Part shown: in pieces, positions 48,823 through 58,118 of the stretch
How positions within the stretch are numbered: the first letter of the stretch is position 1
Layout: every line of letters starts with the position of its first letter
Assembly: GCA_029838215.1 (NCBI GenBank)
Contig: JALGVI010000003.1
Coordinates: forward strand, 68,699 to 132,698
Direction of reading: 5' to 3'
Source of the DNA: Candidatus Helarchaeota archaeon
Lineage (GTDB): Archaea > Asgardarchaeota > Lokiarchaeia > Helarchaeales > RDOG01
Length of the DNA: 64,000 nucleotides
Translations under genes and position numbers: made by a program
The notes under the pieces: model-generated
Databases searched by the model: none
Told to the model about the DNA's origin: nothing
The model's input: the letters and a program-made list of their open reading frames with translations, nothing else

Positions 48823-49614
48823 TCACTTGCATTCGAATGAAATTCTTTCAGAAAGACGTTCTTTTCGTAGTTTCCTCGGATATTTTAAATCAATTTCCTT
48901 AATTAAGATGTCTTCCTGATTTTTCTTGCCGACCCTGATATCTAGCTTCGCAGGTGAACTATGACCTTTTTTAAAACCAACGATCATGCTCTCTCCTGAA
49001 AGGGGGCTTCCAAACGGCGTTGCACCAATGGTATTCACGCTACAAATTGGCATCCGGTTTTCCAATGCACGTGCTTTAATGTAGATGTGCCAGTTTTCTA
49101 CACCTGATTCCGAAACCATGACCGGATTGAAGATTATGTCAACACCATGTTGAGCAAAAGCTCTTCCGACTTCAGGAAAGGCGTTTAGATCAAAGCAAAT
49201 TGCAACTCCGATTTGCCCAAAATCCGTTTTTATCATCCTAAAAATCTGGCCTCGCTTGTATCGTTCACGTTCCATTAGATATAGATGAATCTTGCGTTGT
49301 TTTGCAATACACTCACCACTTCGATTAAAAACACACGATGTAACGTAATCCCCTTCCGATGTTTTTTCAGCTACAGCTCCTCCTATAATATAGACGCCAT
49401 GCTCCCTTGCTAGAGACGAGAGAAAATCAGAGCAAGTAGAAAAATCAATGGCATGAGCATTTTTTGGGTCGTATTGTGCCCACTTTTCTCCCAAACAAAT
49501 GATATCCACTTCTTCTTTCGCCACGTTCTGTATCATTGCTTTGATTTTAGGAAATAAGGTGGCTTTCGGTTCGATTCTTGTCTGCAATGCACAAACTTTT
49601 ACCAATAAATACAC
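48823..49614 (-). CDS. Carbon-nitrogen hydrolase (nitrilase/amidase) family
   Basis: Catalytic triad E (LGEK), K (RKIHL), C (AICFD). Confidence 0.88.
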   Translation of the reverse strand: MYLLVKVCALQTRIEPKATLFPKIKAMIQNVAKEEVDIICLGEKWAQYDPKNAHAIDFSTCSDFLSSLAREHGVYIIGGAVAEKTSEGDYVTSCVFNRSGECIAKQRKIHLYLMERERYKRGQIFRMIKTDFGQIGVAICFDLNAFPEVGRAFAQHGVDIIFNPVMVSESGVENWHIYIKARALENRMPICSVNTIGATPFGSPLSGESMIVGFKKGHSSPAKLDIRVGKKNQEDILIKEIDLKYPRKLRKERLSERISFECK

Positions 49615-49815
49615 ATCACGAAATTTTGATTTTTTAACTTTTAATTACAATAATCAAGCATTATGAATAATTCATGATTTTAACCATTGTCGCAAACAAA
49701 AAATTTTTGGATAGATTCTGGAAATTGAGTTATTTCTTGAAATATGACGATTAATTGATGATTAAAATTAAAAAAAAATGGGGATTGTTGCTCAACTAGA
49801 ATCGTTTCTCTATAT

Positions 49816-50136
49816 TTAATAACTTGGAGACCAAGAATACGAACTATTGCTCTCATACGACCGCTTGATTGCACCATAGATCATAAAAACGAAGCCAATT
49901 ATCGTGACTATTATTCCAAATATGAATGGAAAATTGATGAAACCATTGATGTTGTACGTGAAGATGAGCCCGATTTGAGCAATATAACTGAGTGTTGTGA
50001 TGTCTACTATGGCTGCCGAGATCAATTCAAGGAACGGAAATAAATACTTATAGGCATTTCCGGGGATGCCCAAAAATATGAAGATCCAGCCAAAAATTGC
50101 CAAGGCCATTCCTGCTATGACTTTTCCAATGCCCAT
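49816..50136 (-). CDS. Small membrane protein (2-3 TM) with Ser/Tyr-rich tail
   Basis: Hydrophobic segments; AAGGT + 6 nt + ATG; tail SYESNSSYSWSPSY. Confidence 0.7.
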   Translation of the reverse strand: MGIGKVIAGMALAIFGWIFIFLGIPGNAYKYLFPFLELISAAIVDITTLSYIAQIGLIFTYNINGFINFPFIFGIIVTIIGFVFMIYGAIKRSYESNSSYSWSPSY

Positions 50137-50146
50137 ATTCTCACCT

Positions 50147-51382
50147 TCATTTTTTCCTCCTGACAGCGGCTATTATGATGCAAATGAGTCCGATTACAAT
50201 AGATAATGAGATTCCGCCGATTAAAATGAAAATGGATGTATCAGAAGTTGCGGCTACTCCAAAGATTTGAACCAAACCATTTCCAAAATAGTAATCATAG
50301 CCGGGCGTGCCAAGATCTCTCGCTCTATCTATTAAAGTCTGATTTATTTCATCTGGTGCAATTCCATCCGCAAGAAGTAGAGCCATGATGCCCGCAACTA
50401 ATGGGCAAGCCATTGACGTTCCGCTCTTATAATCGTATTTTCCGTCCGTTACCGTGGAAAGAATTTCGTACGGTGATGATCCGCCAGGAGCCACGAAATC
50501 AATCGTATCGCCATTTTGGGAATGATCATCTTCATCCGTGTATTGGGAGTAATATGCCAAATCATTTAGAATCGTGGATGACCCTATTGCGAAAACATTT
50601 GGAAGGCGGGCTGGATAAAGAATTGGACTGCGAAATGCTTGCGTGGCATTATTTCCTGCAGCAGAAACGACAAGGATTCCGAACGAGACGGCTGTATCTA
50701 TTGCATTTTCTACGGCTGCGCTATGACTCTCTGAACCCAAGCTTATTGAGATGATATCAACACCTAATGAATTATTTGTAGGATTCAAGTTTTCCGTGAT
50801 GTAGTTAATTGCGTCTGCCATGTCATTCGGATCGCCAATCGGATTTTCTTTATTGACGCCAATATCGTTCATGACCTTGAATGCATAAAATTTTGCATCG
50901 GGTGCCACGCCACGCACGCCAATCCCATTATCATCTGCACAGATAATGCCTGCACAATGCGTTCCGTGCCCGTTTAAGTCTTCTGCATACGAAACATTGC
51001 TCCACAGTCCTGTTCCTATACCTAAAAAGTTCCGTGTTCCCAGTAAATTCTCAACAAGATCTGGGTGATCTGAATCAACACCCGTGTCCAAAACTGCAAC
51101 TACAACAGGATCTGATGCATTAGTTTTATTAACTCCAGTCATGCCTATGGCATATGCAAGATCCGCTTGCACGGTAAATAGATTCCATTGGTTATAGTAA
51201 TACGTGTCTGGAACGGCTGAACCTGCACTTGCTCTCAAGTATTGTGCGTAGGATGACGTTGATACACCAACCTGCACGTTAATCGAAACGACTCGTGGGG
51301 GTATTATTATCATCGAAGAACAGAATAGTAAAATAATCAAAGAGATCAATAATACCATTCGTTTCTTTGCAATTTTTTTCAT
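50147..51382 (-). CDS. Membrane-anchored subtilisin-family (S8) serine protease
   Basis: VLDTGVD, NGHGTHCAG, AAGN, SGTSMACP; N-terminal signal/TM and C-terminal TM followed by RRKK; start moved to ATG 51382. Confidence 0.92.
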   Translation of the reverse strand: MKKIAKKRMVLLISLIILLFCSSMIIIPPRVVSINVQVGVSTSSYAQYLRASAGSAVPDTYYYNQWNLFTVQADLAYAIGMTGVNKTNASDPVVVAVLDTGVDSDHPDLVENLLGTRNFLGIGTGLWSNVSYAEDLNGHGTHCAGIICADDNGIGVRGVAPDAKFYAFKVMNDIGVNKENPIGDPNDMADAINYITENLNPTNNSLGVDIISISLGSESHSAAVENAIDTAVSFGILVVSAAGNNATQAFRSPILYPARLPNVFAIGSSTILNDLAYYSQYTDEDDHSQNGDTIDFVAPGGSSPYEILSTVTDGKYDYKSGTSMACPLVAGIMALLLADGIAPDEINQTLIDRARDLGTPGYDYYFGNGLVQIFGVAATSDTSIFILIGGISLSIVIGLICIIIAAVRRKK

Positions 51383-51653
51383 TTTTAAAGTCCCACCAAC
51401 GATGCTATCATGTATGTCGTGATACTTATTTTTATATGTAAATTTATTTGAAGAGAATCTGTTATTACTTAAGAAAAAATTCATGTTTTATAAATTCTAA
51501 CTTGAGAGAGATGAGAGAAAAACCGGTCCACTTTCATCTTTCAAAATATAAATTTAAAAAGAAGAGGATCTTTTATATCAAGTGATGATTTTAAACTCGC
51601 CCTAAATTGGCGAAGATTCGATTAATTCGATAAATAATAGATGAGGTAATACC

Positions 51654-52721
51654 TTGGCTGCGGAATTCGACGAAATGATCAAAGAATTGGAAAACATATT
51701 CGAGCAATTATTGACACGGGATAACACACCTGATCAAGAAGTTACCCTTAAAATGAAGATCTTGAAGCTGTTATCATCAATTAAGGCCTATGCTGAGGTC
51801 AAAAGTAGCCTGTCTTCACAAGGTCTTATCCAACAATTGGATGTGTTACAATCACGACTTTTAGAATGGGATCCATTTGGACCTTGGTTTAAAGAGGTAA
51901 AAGAATTAGTATCTTCCGTTCAAGATGTTATTACAACTGCTAAAAAGGTCAAGTTCGAAGAGACGATGCCTGTGGAACGACAGGGCGGAATATCAAATAT
52001 TGCTTTTAATGATTTTAAGATGAAAATTGAGAATGAGATAGCGCGACTTCGTAAGGACATGAATGAGATTAAAAGTGTTTTAAAGTCCGCTATTAAAGGT
52101 GAGATCAGACCAATAGCTAAACCAAAGGAAAAACCCGTGGCTGTTGTTATTCCAAAAGTAAAACCTGTTTCTCAACCTACTACTGAAATCCCTCCTCCCG
52201 TAAATATTCCCATTGAAAAACCTCAACCAAAGCCTGTTGAGCTCCCGCAACCCGTTCCCATTACAGAACCACCTGAACCCGAACCGGAGCCGGAGCCCCA
52301 GGATTTTTCGAACCAGTTCCAATCTTCAAGAATAACTGAAAAGGCAAAACCCGATACATTATTTGGAATTTTCAGCCCGAATACAGGTCCATCGCCACGT
52401 CCTCCCATAAGTGCATCCGCTCCTGCAACTCCACAACCAAAACCAGTCCCGCTACCAAGTACAAAACCGCAGGCAACGGCGATTCCTGCGGACAATGCTT
52501 CTATTTCTGAAGAAACCGATTCTGAAAAACTTTATCAGGAACTCGTTTCGCTTGAAGGTCGTCGATTTGCTCTTGAAATGGGAATTCGGGACATCAAGCA
52601 AAAATTTGAATCAGGACAGGGTATGTCCGAAGATGAATACAAGAGAAATCTTGAAGAAAAATTAGCTGAATTAAAACAAATCTCTGATACGATCGATTTA
52701 ATCCGAGAAAAATTAGATTAA
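51654..52721 (+). CDS. Hypothetical protein: helical N-domain, coiled coil, proline-rich linker, SHOCT-like C-terminus
   Basis: GAGGT + 6 nt + TTG; Pro-rich central ~130 aa; C-terminal IKQKFESGQGMSEDEYKRNL. Confidence 0.8.
   Translation: MAAEFDEMIKELENIFEQLLTRDNTPDQEVTLKMKILKLLSSIKAYAEVKSSLSSQGLIQQLDVLQSRLLEWDPFGPWFKEVKELVSSVQDVITTAKKVKFEETMPVERQGGISNIAFNDFKMKIENEIARLRKDMNEIKSVLKSAIKGEIRPIAKPKEKPVAVVIPKVKPVSQPTTEIPPPVNIPIEKPQPKPVELPQPVPITEPPEPEPEPEPQDFSNQFQSSRITEKAKPDTLFGIFSPNTGPSPRPPISASAPATPQPKPVPLPSTKPQATAIPADNASISEETDSEKLYQELVSLEGRRFALEMGIRDIKQKFESGQGMSEDEYKRNLEEKLAELKQISDTIDLIREKLD
52266..52298 (+). repeat. Short tandem GA(A/G)CCN hexamer repeat encoding (EP)n
   Basis: gaacca cct gaaccc gaaccg gagccg gagccc inside the Pro-rich ORF. 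Confidence 0.7.
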
Positions 52722-52725
52722 TTCT

Positions 52726-53274
52726 TCATTCTAATGAAAAGGATCTCGTTCCACGTAGTTTCACTAATTCATTCTTCATTTTTTTAAAGATTTCATCTTT
52801 AAATTCGACATTCCAGAAATCATCCAATTTAGCTGGCATGTTTTTTGTTTCATGAATTAATGCTTGTATTAGCATCTCAATTTTGTCCAACTGTTTTACA
52901 AGCCGTGCCCAAGTGCTACTTTTTTCCTCAAGGGTGAGCCACTCTGCGAGAACATCTGCTTTGATTAATTCATTCAGCTGGATCATTGCATTTTTTTCTT
53001 TTTCAAATTTAAGTGCTTGTGAAACTCCTGACTTTGGTGAAATATCTCCAATAATCGATTCTGCAATGTCGTGGACCAAGGCGCCCGCAATCGCCTTTTC
53101 TTGGGTTTCTTCACGTGAATCCGTCATACAATAACAAAGCAGGGCGACTCCAAATACATGATCTGCTACGCTCTCAATTCGATTGAATTGTATTTCGTGA
53201 TCAAGCCATCCCTGACGTTTGATTTTTTTCAATTCAATGGTTTTTTGAAAAAATTCTCTTGTTAAATTTCTCAT
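52726..53274 (-). CDS. HD-domain 5'-deoxynucleotidase (YfbR/HDDC2-like)
   Basis: LKKIKRQGW, ESVADH, ALVHDIAESIIGDI, KQLDKIEM. Confidence 0.9.
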   Translation of the reverse strand: MRNLTREFFQKTIELKKIKRQGWLDHEIQFNRIESVADHVFGVALLCYCMTDSREETQEKAIAGALVHDIAESIIGDISPKSGVSQALKFEKEKNAMIQLNELIKADVLAEWLTLEEKSSTWARLVKQLDKIEMLIQALIHETKNMPAKLDDFWNVEFKDEIFKKMKNELVKLRGTRSFSLE

Positions 53275-53292
53275 TTTTCATCGTTTTCTTAT

Positions 53293-54186
53293 TCAGCTTT
53301 CTTTATAGGCATCAAAAAAATCGATTCTTAGGTTTTCTTTGACGTCTTTCATGATCCATGCCGTGGAAAATGCCGTTTTAGCTCTTTCAATTGGACCAAA
53401 AAGTAGGAAATCGCTAAATATTTGGGCTGCTGCAATCAAGCTTGCTTCTCGGACTTCTCGCGTGGTTTTTTCTTTTTGAAATCGTGATAAATAATAGGCA
53501 ATATTTCCAGGTCCGCATCCAACCGGATAACCTAGTGTCGATTTTATTAGGATGTTTGCTTCGATTGCATCTGCAAGTGAAACAAAATCTGTTAGAACGT
53601 TATCAACCAAGAGCTGCTTTATTCCAAGTTCGTGCGCAATCGGAATGAGACCCTTTTTTCCTTTTTTAAGCCCCTGCGTGATTAAAAGATATCTTCGTGC
53701 GGCATCACAGGACTGCGTTGCCGAATCCCACGAAAAAATGATGGCAGTCTTGACTTTAGTCTCCCGTATCACCTCAAGTTCATCAGGAGGGTTCAACCAT
53801 ATGGAGTCATAAATCACGCGATCCATGAGTTTCTGTTCATGACAGTATTTTAAACCACGGATCCGGGCATCGAGAAAACCATCTATGATGATTGGACCAT
53901 TATAATGTTCTACAATGAATTCAATAAAACGCACCATTGCATCAGGATGTTCTGCAACAATGTCAAGCATTCCAGGTATGTTATATTCATCAGAATATGA
54001 AATGAAATTATTTAGTTGTGTTTCTGCTCGCTTCTTATCGAATAATCCTTTTTCGGAATCTCTTATCACGTCATGACCGCTATAAAAAATCGATCCAACC
54101 AGAACAACAGGATTTTTTCCCTGAGGACCCCCTATTTTGACTCCTGCAATTTCATATTCGTGTAATTGAACCATGAACATCGCCAA
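53293..54186 (-). CDS. mtrH: Stand-alone MtrH-family methyltransferase
   Basis: EIAGVKIGGPQG..PVVLVGSIFY..H, GLFDKKRAE, VIYDSI, LVDN, GYPVGCG, DFLLFGPIE; no other mtr genes nearby. Confidence 0.88.
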   Translation of the reverse strand: MAMFMVQLHEYEIAGVKIGGPQGKNPVVLVGSIFYSGHDVIRDSEKGLFDKKRAETQLNNFISYSDEYNIPGMLDIVAEHPDAMVRFIEFIVEHYNGPIIIDGFLDARIRGLKYCHEQKLMDRVIYDSIWLNPPDELEVIRETKVKTAIIFSWDSATQSCDAARRYLLITQGLKKGKKGLIPIAHELGIKQLLVDNVLTDFVSLADAIEANILIKSTLGYPVGCGPGNIAYYLSRFQKEKTTREVREASLIAAAQIFSDFLLFGPIERAKTAFSTAWIMKDVKENLRIDFFDAYKES

Positions 54187-54211
54187 GATTAATGGAATTT
54201 AATTGATTTGA

Positions 54212-55009
54212 TTAAATGGGTAAATTATAAATTTTTTTAGCATTTTTCGTCGTCGCATCGGCTACCTCTTTTTTTGAGGTATTTTTTAATTCCGCGATTT
54301 TTTCTGCACTTATAGCCACGTATGCCGGCTCATTTCTTTTATATCCTTTTGGTGCCAGAAAAGGAGCATCGGTTTCTAGAACCATTTGAGAAAGAGGTGT
54401 TATGCTAGCCGTATTTTGATGAACACGACGATTTGTAACAGATGTGGGAACCGAAATCCACCACCCTAAATTAACTACCTTGCGAGTCTGTGTCTTGTTT
54501 CCACTATAACAGTGCATTAGTACTCTTGATGGAGTATCTATATTTTCACTCAAGATCCGAATGGCTTCGTCATTAGCATTTTCATCTTGCTGATTGCGAC
54601 TATTGCGCACGTGGATTACCAAAGTTTTATCAAGTTCAATTGCAAGTTTTATGAATTGAATGAATGCTTTTTTTTGCTCTTCTCTTTTCTTCAATTCCGG
54701 AACCCAGTAATAATCTAATCCCACCTCACCGATTGCAACGATTTCTTTCTCATGTTCTTTGATCAATTTTATTGTTTTGGATACCGTTTTTGATGACACT
54801 TGAGGCGGATGCAATCCTAATGAGAAAAAAACATAACCCTGAAACTTTCTAACGATATTTAACGTATCCTGAATTTCTGGTCCGATTGAAGACGTGATCA
54901 CGGCAACCAGTCCATTTTTTTTGGCACGATCGATTACCTCTGGTAAATCGTTTTGAAAAGATTTCCAATTTAAATGACAATGGCTGTCGATCAATTGAAT
55001 TTCTGCCAA
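54212..55009 (-). CDS. tatD: TatD family metal-dependent DNase
   Basis: IDSHCHL, LGLHP, IGEVGLDY, VIHVR, MHCYSG, LETDAPFL, NEP. Confidence 0.96.
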   Translation of the reverse strand: MAEIQLIDSHCHLNWKSFQNDLPEVIDRAKKNGLVAVITSSIGPEIQDTLNIVRKFQGYVFFSLGLHPPQVSSKTVSKTIKLIKEHEKEIVAIGEVGLDYYWVPELKKREEQKKAFIQFIKLAIELDKTLVIHVRNSRNQQDENANDEAIRILSENIDTPSRVLMHCYSGNKTQTRKVVNLGWWISVPTSVTNRRVHQNTASITPLSQMVLETDAPFLAPKGYKRNEPAYVAISAEKIAELKNTSKKEVADATTKNAKKIYNLPI

Positions 55010-55087
55010 TTTCGGTTCATCCTAGATCTGCTTTCGTAAACAGATCATAAATAAAAAATTCAATTAAATATTAAATGGTTTTAGCTG

Positions 55088-55867
55088 GTGAAAATTGTAA
55101 TGACGCTCATTATTTTTACGGGAATACCATCTGTTGGCAAGACGAGTATTGCAAAAGAGTTGATTTCGTTAGCTCGGGAAAGAGAAATCAGCATTACTCG
55201 TGTAGATTCCGATGAATTACGTGAACAATTTTACAGGGAGGGATTTAACCCTGAACTTGAAGCTAAAATTAAAGAAAAAACATTGGAAAGTGTCAAACAA
55301 CTTCTACAAAAAGATTGCCACGTGATTAGCGATGATTTAAACTATTACAGGTCAATGCGTCATGATTTGATCACGCTCGCTACAAAACAGGGGACAAACT
55401 ATTTCATCATTCACGTAACGGCACCACTCGAACGAGCACTTGAATGGAATGAGAAACGTGGTCTTCCGATCCCTCAAGACGTGATAAGAAAAGTCCACGA
55501 AAGATTTGATCGATTTGAAAAATATCGTTGGGACACTCCCTTGCTCGTGATTGAATCGGATAAAATGACGACATCTGAAGCCGCAATATTCTTGCTTCAA
55601 GTTTTATATCAACGTTTTTTTGAAAAACCGCCGCCAAAGAAGGAACCGTCTCTCCACCTTCCCAATGTTGTTGAGCAATTAGACCTTTTCTTGAGAAGTC
55701 AAATATCTTCCTTTCTTTCAACTCATCCTGATAAAAAACTTGCTAAAACAGTTAATAAACTGAGAAAGATGGTTTTAAAGAAAACCAAAAAAGAAAAACT
55801 GACTATCGATGAAGGAAAACTAGAATTTCAACGACTATTAGAACAGTTTGGCATTCAAATGGATTAA
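55088..55867 (+). CDS. pstK: O-phosphoseryl-tRNA(Sec) kinase (PSTK; Kti12-related)
   Basis: TGIPSVGKT, DSDELR, DDLNYYRSMRHDL, NEKRGLPIP, KYRWDTP parallel archaeal PSTK motifs. Confidence 0.8.
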   Translation: MKIVMTLIIFTGIPSVGKTSIAKELISLAREREISITRVDSDELREQFYREGFNPELEAKIKEKTLESVKQLLQKDCHVISDDLNYYRSMRHDLITLATKQGTNYFIIHVTAPLERALEWNEKRGLPIPQDVIRKVHERFDRFEKYRWDTPLLVIESDKMTTSEAAIFLLQVLYQRFFEKPPPKKEPSLHLPNVVEQLDLFLRSQISSFLSTHPDKKLAKTVNKLRKMVLKKTKKEKLTIDEGKLEFQRLLEQFGIQMD

Positions 55868-55878
55868 GACTTCTTTTT

Positions 55879-56805
55879 TCAAGGATGCTCGGATATCCAC
55901 TTCCGAAGCTTCTCCCATAAACCAAGATCCAACGCGTATGAGTCAGTCATTAGTGTGTGGTATCCATGCTCGATTAAATATAATGTCTTGTCCTCAGATG
56001 GACATTTATCAAAGAATTCTTGCACTCCTTCTGGCGAGACGGCATTATCTTCCGTGCCTTGGAAGATTAAAATTGGACACGAAAGCTCGTGAACGGCTTC
56101 TTTAAATGCCTTTTTTATGTATTTATTTAATCTTAGCACGTATCGGGGTGAAAATTTATCAAGATGGAGCGGATCCGTTGCATCATATTGAATGTGGTTC
56201 TCATTTCGAATGCCCACGTGCTCCCGACCCCTTGCAGAAATGATTCGTGCCCCCGGGCTGAATGGATATACCAATAAGGACATCATGCCAAGCAACATGT
56301 CTTTTGCTGAAAATTTTACGTTCATTTTTATTGCAGGGCTGAAAAGGATGATGCATTCCGCATCATTTGGATATTGGACTTGATAATTAACGGCTGCACA
56401 GCCGCCCATGCTCTCTCCAAGTAATATTATGGGTTTATTTGCATGTTTGGATTTAACAAGCTCAATAATCTCGTGGGTATCATCAAGAATCAGTTTAAAA
56501 TCCTTCAAGTCGCCTCTCCTCCCTTCCGATAAACCATGACCGCGGTAGTCTGGTGCAATGACGAGAACTTTTAGGTCCACGACGTGATCTGCAAGTATCA
56601 CGAAGAATTCCGAATGGCCTCCCATTCCATGTAGGACGATAAGAATTTTTTCTGCTTCTTCTTCCGAGCCCCAAATGCGACATGCTAATTTGAGACCTTC
56701 TTTATTCTCGATATATTTGATTTTCCCTTCACCTGCGATGGGATTTCCACGCAGTTTTTGAAGGAGCGGATTTATTGGTCTTTGTTCTTCAAGCATGAAA
56801 TTCAC
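55879..56805 (-). CDS. Alpha/beta hydrolase, lysophospholipase/monoacylglycerol lipase type
   Basis: LHGMGGH, DYRGHGLSEG.RG, GESMGG, GTED, GYH. Confidence 0.9.
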   Translation of the reverse strand: MNFMLEEQRPINPLLQKLRGNPIAGEGKIKYIENKEGLKLACRIWGSEEEAEKILIVLHGMGGHSEFFVILADHVVDLKVLVIAPDYRGHGLSEGRRGDLKDFKLILDDTHEIIELVKSKHANKPIILLGESMGGCAAVNYQVQYPNDAECIILFSPAIKMNVKFSAKDMLLGMMSLLVYPFSPGARIISARGREHVGIRNENHIQYDATDPLHLDKFSPRYVLRLNKYIKKAFKEAVHELSCPILIFQGTEDNAVSPEGVQEFFDKCPSEDKTLYLIEHGYHTLMTDSYALDLGLWEKLRKWISEHP

Positions 56806-57836
56806 CTGTTCAGGATCTTCATGTATTCTTCACCAATTCCAGAACCGATCACGACGCGATCATGTTTGATACCTGTTTTCACGTGAAAAACGCGTTCAAG
56901 CATTCCAAAAACTTCTATTTGATCTCCGATTTCTCCTAAGCCACGAAATTCCCCAATCATTGATATCACTTCCGTGGGAATGTCTTTGGAATCGATATAT
57001 GACGCCTCGTTGCAGGGTTCCCACCCTGAAATCTCATAAGTAGCAGGTCGAAAAACCGATTCACTATTTGCTAGGATCGTGGCGTGGAATTTGACTTGCT
57101 TGAGCGGCTCATATTGAAATAAATCATAATTATTTTGTATTTCTTTCAAGGTTCGGGTTGCATTAAAGACAAATTTCGTTCCATCATGCACGCATTTATT
57201 TAACCGATATTCATCGGTCGGTATCTCAAAAAGATAATCGATGACGTTTCGTTTTACCATTTCTGCTATTGCTTTTTTTACTCGAAGGAAATTATCTGCC
57301 CCATAAATAGATATGTCAATATCGCTATCTTCACCGTGCATTCCTGTTAGAATCGACCCATGAATTCCGAAATTCTCTAATGAAACACCTGATTCGTGAG
57401 ATATAAGTTTAATTAATTCCAATGCTTTCTTTTCTAATTCATCTGCTTTTTCTTTTTGAAGTAACTGCTGTAAGCCGTCTTCTGGTGAAAATACTCTTTT
57501 GATTTTTGAAAAAGGAACGCTAAAGACTTTTTTCCTTAATTGTTGACTCTCAAAAACATATTCTGGAAAATCGAGTTCGAATGCTTGCATTATTTTGTTG
57601 AAATTCTCTTCTGAATATAGTTTCTTAGGACGAATATAAGCGCGTTCGTTTCGTTTCCACACGTGTGGGATGAAATCTATCGGAAAATGTTCTCTTAGTT
57701 CCACGGGAATGTATTTCAGATAGCTGATTGCCATGTTTTGCGGGTGATCATATCCAAATGCATAAAAAATGAAGCCATCCGAGGACAGGATGATGTCGCC
57801 GTCTCTAACAATGAAATTTTTTAAATCAGCATTCAT
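56802..57836 (-). CDS. Archaeal predicted nucleotidyltransferase (Pol-beta superfamily, COG1665-like), paralogue 1
   Basis: FGIHGSILTG..DSDID; N-terminal GFIFYAFGYDHP; C-terminal GD.IEV.G.LERV. Confidence 0.75.
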   Translation of the reverse strand: MNADLKNFIVRDGDIILSSDGFIFYAFGYDHPQNMAISYLKYIPVELREHFPIDFIPHVWKRNERAYIRPKKLYSEENFNKIMQAFELDFPEYVFESQQLRKKVFSVPFSKIKRVFSPEDGLQQLLQKEKADELEKKALELIKLISHESGVSLENFGIHGSILTGMHGEDSDIDISIYGADNFLRVKKAIAEMVKRNVIDYLFEIPTDEYRLNKCVHDGTKFVFNATRTLKEIQNNYDLFQYEPLKQVKFHATILANSESVFRPATYEISGWEPCNEASYIDSKDIPTEVISMIGEFRGLGEIGDQIEVFGMLERVFHVKTGIKHDRVVIGSGIGEEYMKILNR

Positions 57837-57861
57837 TAGTTTCTCTTAGGTATGCATCAAA

Positions 57862-57884
57862 TTAAATCTTCTTAAAAGATTTAA
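57862..57884. promoter_or_regulatory. 9-bp inverted repeat over the promoter region of NTase paralogue 1
   Basis: TTAAATCTT-CTTAA-AAGATTTAA, flanked by TGCAT/ATGCA; AT-rich so chance is not excluded. Confidence 0.25.
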
Positions 57885-58118
57885 CATGCAAGATTTCCGT
57901 GCGATTTGCTCGCTCCATTAAAGAAGGCATTTTTGATAATGATTAATCAAGACTCATACCAAAAGAAGCCATCACGTATTTTAAAAGACGAATTTCTTTT
58001 ACGTGGAGCCCTCAGTAATTTATTTAAGATGTTAATTGAATCAATAGATCTATTCGTGGAGTCTAAAGTCTGTTTTGGAAAATGCTAAACTTGAACTACT
58101 TTACTAGTTGGAAAACTC

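Noticed and set aside
58043-58054. 12-bp palindrome AATAGATCTATT and similar short palindromes elsewhere
   Set aside because: More than a dozen are expected by chance in 64 kb of AT-rich DNA
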